From Candidatus Woesearchaeota archaeon (GTDB lineage Archaea; Nanobdellota; Nanobdellia; Woesearchaeales; JAHWHD01): DNA of 64,000 nucleotides. The translations under genes and the position numbers were made by a program. Each line of letters opens with the position of its first letter. Positions within the stretch are counted from its first letter, which is position 1. The stretch lies in contig JAHWHG010000003.1 of the NCBI GenBank assembly GCA_019323515.1, positions 31,873 to 95,872 on the forward strand. Direction: 5' to 3'. Below, in pieces: positions 1 through 9,489 of this stretch. Below the pieces are notes generated by a model, which saw only the letters and a program-made list of their open reading frames with translations, was not told where the DNA came from and did no database searches.

Positions 1-1740
1 CAGATGTTTGTTTCAGGTACAACTAATGAACCAGGATTGAATTTAACTTTTAACATTGATGGGGATTTTCATTCTAGCTATCAAGAAGAGGACAGTAAAT
101 TGATAAGATGGTTTACTGGTTTTTATGGTACATTGGGGGATAATAAGATACAGGCAAGTGGTTCTAGGTTAGGTGTTGCTAATGTGGGTGATTATTTAAG
201 TTTTCCTTGGTTACTGGTAAGAGAATATCCTAATGCAAATAAGAGGTATAGGGTTGAATCTATTGCTTTGGAAGGCAGTGCAACTGTAATAACACTTGAT
301 GAACCTTTAGATAGGATTGTTGTTGCTAATCACAACATCTCTGTTTATACAAACAAGTATCCTTCAAATTGGTTTAGAGGTTCTGTAGAATTTAATAAGC
401 TAGGAGATGTTAATCTTTCTGTCAAGGCAAGTGATTTCATAGGCAATTCATTTGAAACTGAACCTGTTAATGTTTTCTTTGATAATCTTCCATTAAGATT
501 GTTTAGCATGAATCCTAGAAGTGGTTCTTCAATTAGATCAACTTCAGTTACCAATTCAATTGTTCTTGGTGATCTTATGACAGGTTCTGGACTTGACACG
601 TCTTCAATTGAATTAGCTATTGATGGCATTAGAATTGAACTTCCAGACATAACCCAATTAGATAGTCTGGGTAATTATCGATTATATGAAATCTCGCATG
701 CCTCTAATCTTTTGCCAGGTAACCATAGTTTTAGTATCAAAGCAAAGGATGTTGCAGGAAATACTTTAGAGGTTTCTAATGATTTTGATGTTAATGTTAC
801 TTTCTCAGATAAGCCTGTCTTGAATATAGATAATGGGGTTTATGATGGTATACTTGATAGATGGTTTGTAAATTCTCCTGGAAATTATACTTTTGAATTT
901 TCAGAGCCAATCATTGAGTTTCAGAGTAGCTTAGGATCATGTACAAATGTAAATAATAAGTACTTTGTTTGTGATTTGGGTAGTTTACAAGATGGTGATT
1001 ATGATATAGAAGTAAAATCAAAGAAGAGTGATACTTCTGCTGAATCATCTTTTAGGTTTGTTTTGACAATTGATTCAGTTGCTCCAGAGCCTAGCCTGAT
1101 AATGACCTCATCTAAAGTTTCAAATGGGCAAAATCTAGTATTTGATTTGAATGTAGACAATGAGAATTACGATTCATTGTTGCACTATAATATCTTTAAT
1201 GTAAGTGGTGAAGATATTGAAGGTTTTGTGCCTAAGTTATCTGATAACAGGTTCTATATGGAATGGCCTGTGCCTATTTTGAATCTTAGTGCCTATGATT
1301 TTACACTTAATTTTACTGATAAGGCCGGTAACAATAGAGTACTTGCAAGGAATTTTGAGTTTATAAGTTCTGAGCTTGCTTTTAGTGTTAATAGTATATC
1401 TGTTCAGGATGATAAAATATTTTCAGAGCTCAGCAATGGTTTTACTACGTATTACACTTCAAAGTATGAAGCTAATGTTAAAGTCAGAGCTGATAATATT
1501 GTTAGTTTAAGGTTTGAGAATGATGTGTGTAAAGAGGTTAGGACTGGTGAAGGAACTTATGACCCTGTAACTGGTCTTTGGAGTATTCCTGTTCAACTTA
1601 ATTGGGTTGAGGGTGGAGAGATTGAGAATAATGTTAGGTTGATTGCAACTGATGCAGGAGGAAACGAGTTTGAAATTCCTTTAAAGATTATTGTTGATAG
1701 AAAGCCTCCAGGTGCACCTAATATTTTTGTCAAAGAATAA
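1..1740 (+). CDS. Surface adhesin-like protein, 5'-truncated by the window edge. It carries repeated Ig-like (Big/cadherin-like) modules with recurring DxAGN motifs.
   Basis: The ORF is open to position 1. It repeats KASDFIGN, KAKDVAGNT, TDKAGNN and ATDAGGNE at roughly 100-aa spacing, which is typical of bacterial or archaeal Ig-like adhesin domains. It is Asn/Ser/Thr-rich. Confidence 0.5.
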   Translation, partial: QMFVSGTTNEPGLNLTFNIDGDFHSSYQEEDSKLIRWFTGFYGTLGDNKIQASGSRLGVANVGDYLSFPWLLVREYPNANKRYRVESIALEGSATVITLDEPLDRIVVANHNISVYTNKYPSNWFRGSVEFNKLGDVNLSVKASDFIGNSFETEPVNVFFDNLPLRLFSMNPRSGSSIRSTSVTNSIVLGDLMTGSGLDTSSIELAIDGIRIELPDITQLDSLGNYRLYEISHASNLLPGNHSFSIKAKDVAGNTLEVSNDFDVNVTFSDKPVLNIDNGVYDGILDRWFVNSPGNYTFEFSEPIIEFQSSLGSCTNVNNKYFVCDLGSLQDGDYDIEVKSKKSDTSAESSFRFVLTIDSVAPEPSLIMTSSKVSNGQNLVFDLNVDNENYDSLLHYNIFNVSGEDIEGFVPKLSDNRFYMEWPVPILNLSAYDFTLNFTDKAGNNRVLARNFEFISSELAFSVNSISVQDDKIFSELSNGFTTYYTSKYEANVKVRADNIVSLRFENDVCKEVRTGEGTYDPVTGLWSIPVQLNWVEGGEIENNVRLIATDAGGNEFEIPLKIIVDRKPPGAPNIFVKE

Positions 1741-1791
1741 TCCAATTGGATCCTTGGATTCATTTGTAGGTTTAAAAAGAGGGGTTAGATA

Positions 1792-4700
1792 ATGAAAAGA
1801 GTATTATTGTTATTTGTTTGTATCTTCTTTTTATTAGCCTATAATGCCTCAGCTATTAGCCAACCGATAATTACAATCACTCCTGAACCAGAGATATTTG
1901 TTTCATTCAGTGAAAATGTGAGTGTGACTGAATATTATATCTATGACACTACTATCCCCAGACTTGACAAGACCAATATTGCGATGACTAATCTTGATAA
2001 TCAAAATTTTTCGTTCTTACCAAATGTGCCTTTACCTAATGATGAGTATACCTTTGAGATAACTGCAGTTGATAAGTTAGGGAACGGTGAGTTATTCAAA
2101 AAAGAGTTTGTAGTTAACAGTTCATCAACTATAATCAAGATGGTTCATCCAAGTCATGGGGTTTCGTCTACCCAAAGCTTTGATTTAATTGTAGGTACTA
2201 GTCCTTCTGCAGATTGTAGATGGTCTGTAATTAGCAAACTTCCTTATCCTTCTGCAAGTCTTTTTGATACAACAGGTGCAAGGGCGCATATAATTGATGA
2301 TTTCTCATTACTAGACCCTGTCACTGATCCAACTGATTTCTTTGTAACATGTGTTGATGTTTTTGATAGAGAAGCTGATGCTTATTTTGAGTTAAGGTTT
2401 GATAATACTAAGCCTGGCATAACAGCTAGAGTTGAGCCTAATCCTGTTGTTCAGAATAAGTCTGGAGAGGCGCATACTGTCTTTTATGTTGACACTGATG
2501 AAGATACTATCTGTAGATGGAGTGAACAAAACGTTAAGTTTGAGAACATGAAATCGTTTAGTGGGGAGAGTAATGAATCTATGGTTTCGTACAGAAAACA
2601 TCATGAGCAGCTTATTACGCTTGGAACTCAAACTGCTTCATACACTTATTATGTTCAATGCCAAGATTTAGCAGAATTATTGAGTGACCAGGTTGCTTTA
2701 GGATTCTCTGTTGATGTTGAAAAGGGTATGGGGATTAAGGTTAATTCTCCTCCAGAGTTTGGTTCTAATAAGAGCGTCACACTTGACATTACAACTGATG
2801 AAGAAAGTTTTTGTGATTATATACTTGGAGGTGCAAGCAGCCAGAGTTTTGGCGAGGGTGAACCTTCACTATCACATATAAAACCTTTGGGTGTTGAGCT
2901 GGCTGATGGTAAATATACTATAACTTTTAGATGTGCAAATGCAGAAAGCGGGCCAATAAGCAAGACTTATGAGTTTGTGATTGATACAACGCCTGCGACA
3001 GGAGTTGATTTTAATCAGACGCCAGATGCAATATGTCAAGATAAAGATGGGGATTGGGTTATTGAAGGAAACTGGCAGGGAATTGATTTGGAAAGTGGTG
3101 TAGAACTTTATCAGTATTCTGTTGTTGATTACTATAATATTGCTGTTATAAATTGGACGCAGACGTCTTCAAATGAAGTTGAGATTGATGAAGATTTGGA
3201 TGGAAATCCTTTGAATCTTACAGTCAATAGCAAATATTTCTTTGTTGTAAGGGTTAAGAATAAGGCTGGTTTGTGGAGTACTGGATATAAAAGTCACGGC
3301 ATGATTGCTGGAGCTCCAAAAAGTGAATATTGTAAAGAGACTAATCCGCCGACTGTTAATATTGCACAGGTTCCGACTGACAGAGGTATTAATGTTTCAA
3401 TTCAGTGTACAGATGATACTGAATGTGATTCCTTGAGGCAGTATTATAATTATGTCTATAATCTTTATGATGTTTGTAGTCCTTCTCTTAGTTACATTGA
3501 CCCTATCGAGTTGAGGCAGAATGCTAAATTCTGTTATGAAGTTTATGATATATTTGGGAATGTTGCTATAGGCAATGTTACAATTAATTTGAGTGTGGTT
3601 GATAATGATGGAGATGGTATATCTGATTTTGAAGATAAGTGCCCTAATACTCCAATAACCGTGATTACAGAGATTGATGAGTTTGGATGCGCTGATATTG
3701 AGAGAGATGCTGATGATGATGGCGTGCCTGATATTCAGGATAATTGTCCTGATACACCCTACAATGTTACTGTTTATTTGACCGGTGAAAAACAGGGTTG
3801 TCCTATAGACTCTGATGAGGATGGTATGCCAGATTATTGGGAGGATAAATATGAACTTAATAAAACTGACCCCAGTGATGCAATCCTAGATAAAGATGGT
3901 GATGGTGCAACTAATCTTGAAGAATATCGAGCTGGGACCGATCCTACCAATGCTTTGGATTTTCCTAGTAAAGATACTGATGGTGATGGTGTTGATGACA
4001 GGAATGATATCTGTCCTAATACTCCTTCTGGTGTAAGCGTTGATACCTTTGGTGAAAGAGCTGGATGCCCGCGTGATTCTGATGGTGATGGTGTTCCAGA
4101 TTTTGAAGATCAATGTGCAGATACTAAGAAGGATGCTGAGATTTATAAAGAAGGTGATAAGAAGGGTTGTACAATTCCTAATTATCTTGCATGGTTTTTA
4201 TTAATCTTAGGAATCTTATTATTATTGGGAGGCTCAGGTTATATTGTTTATAAGATTTCTAAAAAGAAAGCTGTCGTAAGTACAGCGGTAACATACAAAC
4301 CAATTAGTGTAACAAAAGGCGCTCCTTCTAGGATTGAACTCCAAAGAAGAGCGATGGCTGATAAGGCTGCACGTGAGAGAGCTGTAAGGTTAGCGGCAGC
4401 TAGAAGGACAAGAGAGGGTATAATCTCAAAAGCTTTTGGTGTTTCTAAATTGCGCTTCCCGGAAAAGGTTAAAGAACAAGGCGTTTTTGAGAGATTAACT
4501 TCGTATACTAAAGCTGAAGATATATTTTCAAGGTTAGGTAAATTAACTAAGAGTAAGGAGCAAGAAAAAAAGGAAAGTTTTGAGAAACTTGAAAAGGTAG
4601 GTAGCAAGGTTAAAGAGAGTGAGGCATTTGAAAGGCTTGCAAGATTTAAGAAAGTTAAAACTAAAGGCGATGTTTTTAAGGAGCTTTCTGCGATGGTTAG

Positions 4701-4974
4701 ACCAGAGGTTAAGGTAAAGACTATGCGCGATTTAAAGAAGATTACAAGGAATGGAAAAGCAAGAAAAAATGAAATTATTGAAATGCTTGCTGCTGTTGAA
4801 GCTCCTCGTGAGACAATAAAGAATGTTTACCATACAATACTATCTTATCTTCTCAATTCTAAGAAGATTACTAAGCGTGAAATTAATGAGATTCTAATCA
4901 ATTTAGCTGATAAGGGTGTTATGACTAAAAAAGATGTAAGTGATGTGATGTTTTCGTTAGAGGTGAAAAAATGA
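1792..4974 (+). CDS. Large surface protein of 1060 aa. It has a Sec signal peptide, Ig-like modules, thrombospondin type-3-like Ca-binding repeats, a single TM helix and a long Lys-rich cytoplasmic tail with repeated FE(R/K)L motifs.
   Basis: The N-terminus MKRVLLLFVCIFFLLAYNASA is a signal peptide. A TAVDKLGNGE motif marks an Ig-like module. There are at least six DxDxDGxxDxxDxCPxT repeats (DNDGDGISDFEDKCPNTP, DADDDGVPDIQDNCPDTP, DTDGDGVDDRNDICPNTP, DSDGDGVPDFEDQCADT). The TM helix is YLAWFLLILGILLLLGGSGYIVY. The C-terminal 230 aa is K/E-rich and repeats FERL/FEKL/FKEL. Confidence 0.6.
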   Translation: MKRVLLLFVCIFFLLAYNASAISQPIITITPEPEIFVSFSENVSVTEYYIYDTTIPRLDKTNIAMTNLDNQNFSFLPNVPLPNDEYTFEITAVDKLGNGELFKKEFVVNSSSTIIKMVHPSHGVSSTQSFDLIVGTSPSADCRWSVISKLPYPSASLFDTTGARAHIIDDFSLLDPVTDPTDFFVTCVDVFDREADAYFELRFDNTKPGITARVEPNPVVQNKSGEAHTVFYVDTDEDTICRWSEQNVKFENMKSFSGESNESMVSYRKHHEQLITLGTQTASYTYYVQCQDLAELLSDQVALGFSVDVEKGMGIKVNSPPEFGSNKSVTLDITTDEESFCDYILGGASSQSFGEGEPSLSHIKPLGVELADGKYTITFRCANAESGPISKTYEFVIDTTPATGVDFNQTPDAICQDKDGDWVIEGNWQGIDLESGVELYQYSVVDYYNIAVINWTQTSSNEVEIDEDLDGNPLNLTVNSKYFFVVRVKNKAGLWSTGYKSHGMIAGAPKSEYCKETNPPTVNIAQVPTDRGINVSIQCTDDTECDSLRQYYNYVYNLYDVCSPSLSYIDPIELRQNAKFCYEVYDIFGNVAIGNVTINLSVVDNDGDGISDFEDKCPNTPITVITEIDEFGCADIERDADDDGVPDIQDNCPDTPYNVTVYLTGEKQGCPIDSDEDGMPDYWEDKYELNKTDPSDAILDKDGDGATNLEEYRAGTDPTNALDFPSKDTDGDGVDDRNDICPNTPSGVSVDTFGERAGCPRDSDGDGVPDFEDQCADTKKDAEIYKEGDKKGCTIPNYLAWFLLILGILLLLGGSGYIVYKISKKKAVVSTAVTYKPISVTKGAPSRIELQRRAMADKAARERAVRLAAARRTREGIISKAFGVSKLRFPEKVKEQGVFERLTSYTKAEDIFSRLGKLTKSKEQEKKESFEKLEKVGSKVKESEAFERLARFKKVKTKGDVFKELSAMVRPEVKVKTMRDLKKITRNGKARKNEIIEMLAAVEAPRETIKNVYHTILSYLLNSKKITKREINEILINLADKGVMTKKDVSDVMFSLEVKK

Positions 4975-5480
4975 ATGCCGTAAAAAAAGCGCAGATTCAG
5001 CATGTATTTATTTATATCCTTGCAATTGTTGTAATAGGCCTTACTTTGATCTTGGGTTACAGAGGAATTAAAAGTGTAATCCAGGGAGGGAATGAGGTTG
5101 CACTTTTAAATTTCCAGAAGCAACTTGAGAATGATATTGAAAGGTTGAGTGCTGCTTATAGGAATAGAGAGATGATACCTTATGATGTGCCTGGGGATTA
5201 TAAACAGATATGTTTTGTTGATGTTATTACTCCTGACGTTACATATCCCTCGGAGCTTGAAGCATATCCCTTTATTAAAGAAAGTGTAGATTCTAATTTG
5301 GAAAGTAATGTTTGGTTAGTATCCCGTAGATCTGAGGACCCTCTTGGAGAGGGTAAGTTAGGTGATATTGAAGTTGATAATGGTTTTGAATGTGTTGATA
5401 TTGTTGGCGGTAAAATAAGGTTGAGTATAGAGGGTACTGGCGGAAAGGCTAAGGTAAAAGGACTTGAAGCAATTTCTTAA
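4971..5480 (+). CDS. Class-III signal peptide (type IV pilin-like) protein.
   Basis: The N-terminus is MNAVKKAQ followed by a hydrophobic helix (IQHVFIYILAIVVIGLTLILGY). This is a KKAQ-type prepilin peptidase site. The start overlaps the upstream stop as ATGA. Confidence 0.5.
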   Translation: MNAVKKAQIQHVFIYILAIVVIGLTLILGYRGIKSVIQGGNEVALLNFQKQLENDIERLSAAYRNREMIPYDVPGDYKQICFVDVITPDVTYPSELEAYPFIKESVDSNLESNVWLVSRRSEDPLGEGKLGDIEVDNGFECVDIVGGKIRLSIEGTGGKAKVKGLEAIS

Positions 5481-5483
5481 AAA

Positions 5484-6518
5484 ATGAAACATAAGAGAGG
5501 ACAGGTAGAACAGCAATTTAATTGGTTGTTTGTTTTGATAGCAGGAGCTGTTATACTCTTGTTTTTTGTAGGAATAATCCTTAGGCAGAAGGGTGCTTCT
5601 GAAACTAAACTTTGTGTAACTATACTTGATGATCTTGATTTGAGTTTTGCAACTTCAAAAGAGCAAGCCGGTATGTCGAGTCCTGTTGATCTTTTTGATG
5701 TAGGGCTTGATTTCTCTTGCGATAATTTTCGTTGTGCAGATATTGATGGACCTGAGAGAAGTCTTGGAAGGACAATCTTGTTTGCTCCAAAAGAGTTAAG
5801 AGGTGATAGGTTACTTACTTGGGCTTTGGAATGGAATATTCCCTTCAAAGTTGATAATTTCTTGTTTGTGACAGCTGAAGAGAATAGATATTATATCTTG
5901 TGCAATTCTGCTTTATCCAATAACTGTCAGAGGGCTAGGAATGTATATGAAAGGATTCCTGACAATTTTACAAAGGATTTCATTGATGTTAGAACAGAAA
6001 TGCCTGAGATTAAGGACTTAAATGATAATAAAGTAAGGTTTTTGCTTTATAATTTAGGAGGTACTAATGAAGTTGAAAATATTATCCAACAAATTATTCC
6101 AAAGTTTGAACGTTTGGAAGATGAAGATGTAACGTTTTTAGTTCTTGATGATTTGAATGCTGGCTTCTATAGTAAACATGGTTCTAGTTTTGAGGATTAT
6201 GGAATAGTTCCATTGCCTGAACAGGAAGGTGCTTCCTTGTATGGAGCTTTGTTCACTGATGATAAGGATAATTTTAATTGTATATTAGAAAAGGCTAAAC
6301 AAAGAGTAAAATGGGTTGCTGACATCTACAGAAGAAAGGCTAGTATGTTTGCAACTCAAGGTGTTACTGATCCGCTTTGCGGATATTATTATGATACTGC
6401 TGTAAATGAACTTACTAAGTTGGTTAATGAGGGTTTTAGTGATTTTGCCTCTGTCAAATCTAAATTAAGGGAAATTAATGGTGATTTACAGAGTAAGACA
6501 TGTCCTTTAATATATTGA
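5484..6518 (+). CDS. Class-III signal peptide (pilin-like) protein of 344 aa with a Cys-containing extracellular domain.
   Basis: The N-terminus is MKHKRGQ followed by VEQQFNWLFVLIAGAVILLFFVGI. Confidence 0.5.
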   Translation: MKHKRGQVEQQFNWLFVLIAGAVILLFFVGIILRQKGASETKLCVTILDDLDLSFATSKEQAGMSSPVDLFDVGLDFSCDNFRCADIDGPERSLGRTILFAPKELRGDRLLTWALEWNIPFKVDNFLFVTAEENRYYILCNSALSNNCQRARNVYERIPDNFTKDFIDVRTEMPEIKDLNDNKVRFLLYNLGGTNEVENIIQQIIPKFERLEDEDVTFLVLDDLNAGFYSKHGSSFEDYGIVPLPEQEGASLYGALFTDDKDNFNCILEKAKQRVKWVADIYRRKASMFATQGVTDPLCGYYYDTAVNELTKLVNEGFSDFASVKSKLREINGDLQSKTCPLIY

Positions 6519-6545
6519 TAAGGTTGATTATATAACATGTTTAAC

Positions 6546-7148
6546 ATGAAAAGGGGTCAAGTAAAGATGCTGGAGAATGTGTTTATATTAGTTATATTTT
6601 TTATTCTGCTTGTTATTGGAATTACTTTTTATACAAAGGTTTCAACAAAGAGTGCAGAGATTTATGCAAGGCAGTTGACAGGAGAGGAGGCTGTTAAAAA
6701 ATCGCAAAAGTTACTGCATCTACCAGAAGTGCAGTGTACTTCTGATTTACCAGAATTAACTGCTATTGAAAATTGTGTAGATATTTATAAACTTAAAGCT
6801 TTTGAGGAAGTAGCAAGGGATCAGGGAGACATGTTCCTTGATTATTATTATGATATCTTTGGGTATTCGAGTTTCACAGTAAAACAGGTTTATCCTTCTA
6901 CTATTAAGATTTTAACATCTGAATTAGGAATTACTCCAGGTTCGCCAGATTCTCCAACTGGTGATTATCAGGTGGTTGATAGGGAGTATAATGAAATACA
7001 AGCACCTGAGTGGGTTGTATATAATAAAACTCCAGATGAAATCGTTGATAGCAGGAGGGCTGCAGTTCCTGTCTTGCTTTTTGATGAAACAGTAAGGCCT
7101 TTAGGAAGTTTTAGCCTTGGAATGGTTGTGATAGAGGTTTATTCATAA
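6546..7148 (+). CDS. Class-III signal peptide (pilin-like) protein.
   Basis: The N-terminus is MKRGQ followed by VKMLENVFILVIFFILLVIGITF. The ORF track starts 9 nt earlier at 6537. Confidence 0.5.
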   Translation: MKRGQVKMLENVFILVIFFILLVIGITFYTKVSTKSAEIYARQLTGEEAVKKSQKLLHLPEVQCTSDLPELTAIENCVDIYKLKAFEEVARDQGDMFLDYYYDIFGYSSFTVKQVYPSTIKILTSELGITPGSPDSPTGDYQVVDREYNEIQAPEWVVYNKTPDEIVDSRRAAVPVLLFDETVRPLGSFSLGMVVIEVYS

Positions 7149-7675
7149 TGGAGAGGGTTGAGTCTAAGAGGAAAGGGCAGATGGAGGTATTTGGATTAGC
7201 TTTAATTGTAATTTTATTAGTCATTGGCATGATTTTTGTTGTAAGTTTTATGCTTTTAAGACCGAGCAGAGAGATTCCTGCTATATTTGTGAGCGAACAA
7301 CTTACAAAGAACCTTGTGAATGAGATTCCAAAGGTAACAACTGATTGTAATAAGTATAACCTTGGAGCATTATTAATGGATTGTGCTACTTATGGTCAGC
7401 CTGGTACAATAGCTTGCGGAGGTGAGACATATTCCTGTGAAAAGGCTCATGATGTAGTTGAGGAGATATTTAAGAATACTTTAGAGAAAGAGAAGGTTAA
7501 GTATTTTTTTAGGGCATATGTTATAATGGCTGGACAGGACCAAGGTTCTATATTTGATGATATTGGGCAGGAATGTCTTATTGATGAAGATATAACAACC
7601 GGGCAGCAGCCTTTGCCTTTAGATGTTAATACTTTAATACTTGAATTACAGGTTTGTCATGCTTCAAACACTTGA
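7148..7675 (+). CDS. Class-III signal peptide (pilin-like) protein.
   Basis: The N-terminus is MERVESKRKGQ followed by MEVFGLALIVILLVIGMIFVV. The start and upstream stop are shared as ATAATG. Confidence 0.5.
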   Translation: MERVESKRKGQMEVFGLALIVILLVIGMIFVVSFMLLRPSREIPAIFVSEQLTKNLVNEIPKVTTDCNKYNLGALLMDCATYGQPGTIACGGETYSCEKAHDVVEEIFKNTLEKEKVKYFFRAYVIMAGQDQGSIFDDIGQECLIDEDITTGQQPLPLDVNTLILELQVCHASNT

Positions 7676-7774
7676 ATTTAAAGAAAGATTTATATATTAC
7701 GATATAATAAAACAGAACAATTAAAAGTATGCTATTATGTATGAATGATTATAGAAAATATTAAGAGGTGAATT

Positions 7775-8122
7775 TTGATGGATAAAAAGGCACAGGAAAT
7801 CTCTTTGAATGTTATTATTATAGCTGCAATTGCACTTATAGTATTAGTAGTTATAGTAGCTGTGTTTACTACTGAGTTTGGGGGTTTTGTTAAAAAGCTG
7901 CCGAAGGTTGACGATGCTGAAGTAATTAGGGTTCAGTTGCTTTCAAATTATGACTGTAAGCCAAGTAAGACTGGAATTGCAGAAGTTAAAAAGAATCTTG
8001 AAAATGTTGCAACAGAAGAGTATGATTCAAGATACACTGTTGCAATTAATGATTTAGTAAACTCCTGTGGTCAGAATGGAAAGTCTGCTTGTACAAGGAG
8101 TTGTGAGTGGAAGGGTTCTTAG
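7775..8122 (+). CDS. Small pilin-like protein of 115 aa with a class-III signal. It is a candidate major pilin.
   Basis: The N-terminus is MMDKKAQ followed by EISLNVIIIAAIALIVLVVIVAVF, with a Q-x-S-L motif as in EppA-type pilins. It has its own AT-rich upstream region with TATA-like boxes and an AAGAGGTG ribosome-binding site. Confidence 0.55.
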   Translation: MMDKKAQEISLNVIIIAAIALIVLVVIVAVFTTEFGGFVKKLPKVDDAEVIRVQLLSNYDCKPSKTGIAEVKKNLENVATEEYDSRYTVAINDLVNSCGQNGKSACTRSCEWKGS

Positions 8123-8159
8123 GATTAAACTTTGATTACTTGTTTTTTATTTATTTTTT

Positions 8160-8216
8160 TTCATAATATTTATATACTATTTATTCTGTTATTTAACTAA
8201 AAGGAGGTCATTTTCT
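8160..8216 (+). promoter_or_regulatory. Promoter-like AT-rich TATA region plus a strong Shine-Dalgarno site for the small pilin gene at 8217.
   Basis: The TATA-like sequence is atatttatatact. AAGGAGGT lies 9 nt before the ATG. Confidence 0.4.
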
Positions 8217-8486
8217 ATGAAAAAGGGACAAGGAATGCCGTTGAATGTTATCATAATAGCTATCATTGTTATTTTAGTAGGAATTGTTTTGATAGCAGTG
8301 TTTAATAGATATATAACAGGGGAGACAGGAAGATTAGAAAGCTGTGTAGCAAAGGGTGGTCAGTGTAAGTTGAGAGTTAATAATGTTGAAGGTTCAGGTT
8401 GTAATAAGGAAACTGAAGTTTACTTGCCAAAGACTGATTGTGAGAAAGGTACAAATAAGGATTGCTGTTTAAAGGTGTTGGGTTAA
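8217..8486 (+). CDS. Small pilin-like protein of 89 aa with a class-III signal and a Cys-rich C-terminal half. It is a candidate major pilin.
   Basis: The N-terminus is MKKGQ followed by GMPLNVIIIAIIVILVGIVLIAVF. A strong AAGGAGGT ribosome-binding site lies 9 nt upstream and TATA-like sequence lies upstream. There are 6 Cys in the last 45 aa. Confidence 0.55.
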   Translation: MKKGQGMPLNVIIIAIIVILVGIVLIAVFNRYITGETGRLESCVAKGGQCKLRVNNVEGSGCNKETEVYLPKTDCEKGTNKDCCLKVLG

Positions 8487-8605
8487 TGCGAATATTGAAG
8501 AAAGGCCAGATAGAGATGAGAACTTTAGTAATCCTTATAATTATTATAATGTTAGCTTTATTACTATTTATGATGATATGGAGGTTGACTAATCTTGCGG
8601 GATAA
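8486..8605 (+). CDS. Mini pilin-like ORF of 39 aa, absent from the ORF track because it is shorter than 60 aa.
   Basis: It reads MRILKKGQIEMRTLVILIIIIMLALLLFMMIWRLTNLAG. It has the same KKGQ-plus-hydrophobic-helix architecture. Its start overlaps the upstream stop as TAATG. Confidence 0.4.
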   Translation: MRILKKGQIEMRTLVILIIIIMLALLLFMMIWRLTNLAG

Positions 8606-9347
8606 GAAAGGTGTAGAGCTTGCATGGAGCAAGACAGCTGGCTTGCTTATTATGTTAATTGGGTTTATAGCGATTTTAGTGGTCATATATGCTTTAAGGT
8701 CTACAGTTGACAAAGAGCAGCCAAGGATTTTGTGCCAGACAAGCAACGGGTTTAGAGCTAGGAATGCATTAACAATTGGCGATATAAATAAGATTATGAA
8801 TGAAAAGATTCCTTTAGGTCCTCTTAAATGTAAGATTACTAATTTTACTGTCCAGACTGAGAAGGATTTGGCTGATAGGATTGCTTATACTTGGGAAGAT
8901 TTTTTGATGGGAGAGTATACATGGATGTTTCCTGATTATGACCAGGATTGTATGGTATATTACTCTTTTACGCTTGAAAATGATGCTCCTCCAATTTCTG
9001 CAAATGATTTCACGAATAAGTTAAAGCAGATGACATACAAACTAGACCCTAAGACTGGTGATCCTATAACTTATCTTGATTATGTGCAGAATTATGCTGG
9101 TGAGGGTAAGGTTATAGTTGATAATACGCTTGGTGCTTTTGCACCTGGACAGATTTATGGGATTGCAATAGTCAGTCCGATACTGCCACAGGATAGGTCT
9201 CTTTATTGGAGTGCAAAGACATTTCTCAATGGCTTGTACCAATCTTATTGGGTTGGAAAGACTCCTATGGATTATCCTGAGCATAATGTTATTATCATCG
9301 GAGACCTGAATAAAATACAGAACAGTGGTGAGTGTTTTGGCATCTAA
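8595..9347 (+). CDS. Class-III signal peptide (pilin-like) protein of 250 aa.
   Basis: It has a TTG start. The N-terminus is (M)RDKKGVELAWSKTAGLLIMLIGFIAILVVIYAL. Confidence 0.5.
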   Translation: MRDKKGVELAWSKTAGLLIMLIGFIAILVVIYALRSTVDKEQPRILCQTSNGFRARNALTIGDINKIMNEKIPLGPLKCKITNFTVQTEKDLADRIAYTWEDFLMGEYTWMFPDYDQDCMVYYSFTLENDAPPISANDFTNKLKQMTYKLDPKTGDPITYLDYVQNYAGEGKVIVDNTLGAFAPGQIYGIAIVSPILPQDRSLYWSAKTFLNGLYQSYWVGKTPMDYPEHNVIIIGDLNKIQNSGECFGI

Positions 9348-9489
9348 GAAAGGAGTAGAACTTGCATGGTCACAGATAGTTATAATACTTATAGTGCTTG
9401 CCTTGATCTTATTTTTTATATTTTTTTCGGGTTCTATTAAGGAGCAGTTGATTGATAAGATAAAGTCATTTTTCAATATATTCAGATGA
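9337..9489 (+). CDS. Mini pilin-like ORF of about 50 aa with a TTG start.
   Basis: It reads (M)ASKKGVELAWSQIVIILIVLALILFFIFFSGSIKEQLIDKIKSFFNIFR. Its N-terminal KKGVELAWS is nearly identical at the nucleotide level to the start of the 8595 gene. Confidence 0.35.
   Translation: MASKKGVELAWSQIVIILIVLALILFFIFFSGSIKEQLIDKIKSFFNIFR

Noticed and set aside
345-4607. Minus-strand ORFs 345..650, 2392..2631, 3886..4113 and 4248..4607.
   Set aside because: All are embedded antisense in the two giant adhesin genes. Their composition is low-complexity, typical of antisense frames of AT-rich repeats.
5477-5848. 123-aa minus-strand ORF.
   Set aside because: It is fully overlapped by the 5484..6518 plus-strand pilin-like gene, which fits the operon. 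It has no ribosome-binding site or signature.
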